Below are positions 23,273-25,097 of a DNA stretch of 25,097 bases, in pieces (positions within the stretch are counted from its first letter, which is position 1; the number at the start of each line of letters is the position of its first letter). The DNA comes from Anaerolineae bacterium (GTDB lineage: Bacteria; Chloroflexota; Anaerolineae; S140-20), in NCBI GenBank assembly GCA_027021705.1, contig JALUTT010000150.1, positions 1 to 25,097 on the forward strand, written 5' to 3'. The notes beneath the pieces are model-generated. The model ran no database searches. It saw only the letters and a list, made by a program, of their open reading frames with translations, and had not been told where the DNA came from. The position numbers and the translations under genes were made by a program.

Positions 23273-24664
23273 GGAAAGGGCCGCGTCGAGCACCCGCTCG
23301 GCCATCGCCCGGTCGGGGGCCAGCACGACGAGGGTCTCCGGTCCCTCCGCCCCTTCCCAGTTCTGGGCCAGGAGGAGGAAATCGGCCTCGCCCTCCCAGC
23401 CCACCCAGCTCTCCCCCTCAACGGAAGGGGTGGCCTCTCCGAAGCGATCCGCAGCGTAGGCGCGGTAGGCTTCTTCAAACTCGGTCATCTCCGCCACGTC
23501 GTCCCAGACGATGCCCAACACCAACACCGTCCGGTCGGTGGCCTTGTCCTGGTAGACGGCGTAGCGGTCGCCGTCCCACCCCTCGGCCGCCTGCGCCGCT
23601 TGGCTGCGCGGCAGGTGCACGTCCAGGTAGGCCCGCAGCGTGAACTCCCCCAGCACGTTCTCGTCCACCAGGTACCAGCCGCTGCCCAGCGTGTCCGTCA
23701 GCGGGGGCAGGGTGACCACCTGGGGCGTGTCCTCGGGGTAGCGCTCCGGATGCAAGATCTGCTCGGTGGACCGGGGTGGCGTGGTGTAGGCGGCGTCCAC
23801 CGCCGACCACCCTCCCCGCAGGTAGAGGGTCTGGACGAAGCGCAGCCCGTCCTGGTAGGGGAAGAGGAGGCTCTCCCGCAGGAAGGGCGGGGCTTGGTTC
23901 AGGACCTCTTGGTCCACGGCCAGGGATTGCCGGAGCAGGCTCAGGACCTCCGTTGCGGAGAAGTAGGTGGTCATGTACTGCTGCTGGGTGAAGGTGGCGT
24001 CGCCCTCGACCAGCGCCTGGAGCGCTTGGAGTTGATCGTCGTCCTTGTCGGGTGCCTCCTGCCCAAATCCCAGCGCCTTCAGGTCGAAGTGCTGGTCCTG
24101 CAGGGCGTGGGTGTACTCGTGGGCGAAGGTTGCCTTCTCCAGCGCCCCCAGGCGGCCCGAGAAGCTCACCAGGTAGAAGACGCCCTCGTCGGGGTCGTAG
24201 AGGCCGGCCACCTGCTCGTCCAGCATCTCGGTGATCATCCGGTAGAGGTCCAGGTCGGGGGGGATCAGCTCCAGCGTCGCCAGGACGACGGCGTCCTGCT
24301 CCGCCTCCTCCTGGGGGTACTCCTCTTCCAGTTTCTGAGCCAGGAGGCGGCCCATCTCCTCCTGGCTCAGCAGGTGGCGGGGCACGGGGGTCAGGGGCTC
24401 CAGCCCGCGCAGCTCGGCCGTCTGGTCGGCGATGGTGTCCATCAGCTCCTGCAGGCGGGCCGGGTCGGGGGTCGGCGTGGGGAGCGCCCGCAACTGCCGG
24501 CGCATAGCGCGGATCTCCCCCTCCAGGGTCGCGACCTGGACCTCGAGGGTCGCCGCGCGGTCTGCCTCCCGGCGGGCTTCCACGAAGAGGAGGAGGTTAC
24601 CGACCAGCGAGGCCAGGAGCAGGAGCACCAGCAGACCGCCGAGGAGTTGTTGCCATCGAGCCAT
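23264..24664 (-). CDS. Membrane-anchored putative zinc metallopeptidase of unknown function
   Basis: N-terminal TM helix, coiled coil, AHEYTHALQDQHF (HExxH) and a downstream EGDA; start codon uncertain because there is no clear SD. Confidence 0.78.
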   Translation of the reverse strand: MARWQQLLGGLLVLLLLASLVGNLLLFVEARREADRAATLEVQVATLEGEIRAMRRQLRALPTPTPDPARLQELMDTIADQTAELRGLEPLTPVPRHLLSQEEMGRLLAQKLEEEYPQEEAEQDAVVLATLELIPPDLDLYRMITEMLDEQVAGLYDPDEGVFYLVSFSGRLGALEKATFAHEYTHALQDQHFDLKALGFGQEAPDKDDDQLQALQALVEGDATFTQQQYMTTYFSATEVLSLLRQSLAVDQEVLNQAPPFLRESLLFPYQDGLRFVQTLYLRGGWSAVDAAYTTPPRSTEQILHPERYPEDTPQVVTLPPLTDTLGSGWYLVDENVLGEFTLRAYLDVHLPRSQAAQAAEGWDGDRYAVYQDKATDRTVLVLGIVWDDVAEMTEFEEAYRAYAADRFGEATPSVEGESWVGWEGEADFLLLAQNWEGAEGPETLVVLAPDRAMAERVLDAALSLP

Positions 24665-24752
24665 TGGAGGACCTGGTTGGGCGTCAACGGTTGGTGGATG
24701 GGATGGCCGGCGGCGGAGGTCCCTGCGGACCGCCTCCCGACCGCCCACCCGT

Positions 24753-24781
24753 ATGCTAGCACAGAGCGGCTGTTCTGTCAA
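24753..24781 (-). promoter_or_regulatory. Promoter TTGACA-N17-TAGCAT (extended -10)
   Basis: Minus strand TTGACA gaacagccgctctgtgc TAGCAT. Confidence 0.8.
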
Positions 24782-24816
24782 CAAGGGGCAAGGAGCAAGG
24801 GGCAGGGGGCAAGGGC
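24782..24816 (-). repeat. Heptamer array, 5 units, same family as 7054-7130
   Basis: Plus strand caagggg caaggag caagggg caggggg caagggc. Confidence 0.85.
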
Positions 24817-24824
24817 TGGCCGAT

Positions 24825-24859
24825 TAGCGGCTTAGCGGCCTAGCGACCTAGCGGCCTAG
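24825..24859 (+). repeat. Octamer array TAGCGGCC, 4 units plus a partial unit
   Basis: tagcggct tagcggcc tagcgacc tagcggcc tag. Confidence 0.85.
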
Positions 24860-25097
24860 TACCTCATCAAGATGATTCTGGGGTCCTTCAAGAAACGAAA
24901 GCCCCGTTCCGGCCCAACTCCCTGTCCCTTGTAGGCCATCAGGATCTCCTCGGCCGGCAGGACTTCGTCATCCAACTCGTTGGTCGCCAGGATGAACTTC
25001 CCACACCGAGCCTGCGCCGCTTCCACCGCCTCTTGGTTCTGTCGAATCGTCCACCTCTCAACGCGCCATCCCACCCACGCCGGCTTGGCGCCTTTGG
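24856..25097 (-). pseudogene. IS1634-family transposase fragment, C-terminally truncated; its 5' part lies beyond the window
   Basis: KGAKP...GKFILATNELD...AYKGQGVGPERGFRFLKDP, then a stop 7 codons later; intact IS1634 transposases continue past this motif. Confidence 0.85.

Noticed and set aside
3500..24835. Many long overlapping ORFs (e.g. 4282..6039+, 13697..15292-, 15289..17976-, 16017..17987+, 21912..23459+, 23600..24835+)
   Set aside because: These are Arg/Gly/Pro-rich shadow frames of recognisable genes, as expected in high-GC DNA
24856..25097. IS1634 fragment as the mobiliser of the 122-bp MITE
   Set aside because: No MITE-like end is visible beside the fragment and it is truncated; proximity is the only link

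Overview
A GC-rich bacterial window whose gene content (Pro/Thr-rich lipoproteins, a large GT39/PMT-type glycosyltransferase, a C-terminally extended TrmB) looks Chloroflexota-like; this taxonomy is an inference. About 1-3400 is a visibly lower-GC accessory region next to the 3' end of a tRNA-Lys(UUU) gene, probably the edge of an integrated element, although no integrase is in view. It holds a duplicated promoter plus gene start, two tandem paralogues each built of three Xis/MerR-like HTH modules, and a lipoprotein. The rest is mostly housekeeping: a spermidine-synthase-like membrane protein, trmB, tldD-tldE-methyltransferase, a PIN toxin-antitoxin pair, rplS, a PuuD-like amidotransferase, murI, aroE, a GT39 glycosyltransferase, a LppX-like lipoprotein, an orphan OmpR-family regulator, a sufS-sufU-Rieske-P-loop kinase cluster, a HExxH protein and a truncated IS1634-like transposase. 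The intergenic DNA is the most interesting part. It has three copies of a 122-bp MITE-like element with target-site duplications and a covarying stem, a 153-nt rod-like hairpin whose in-stem non-Watson-Crick pairs are all G-U on the plus strand, 7-mer and 8-mer tandem arrays (two of them directly against -35 boxes), and structured leaders on rplS and aroE. Novelty cannot be established without database searches.
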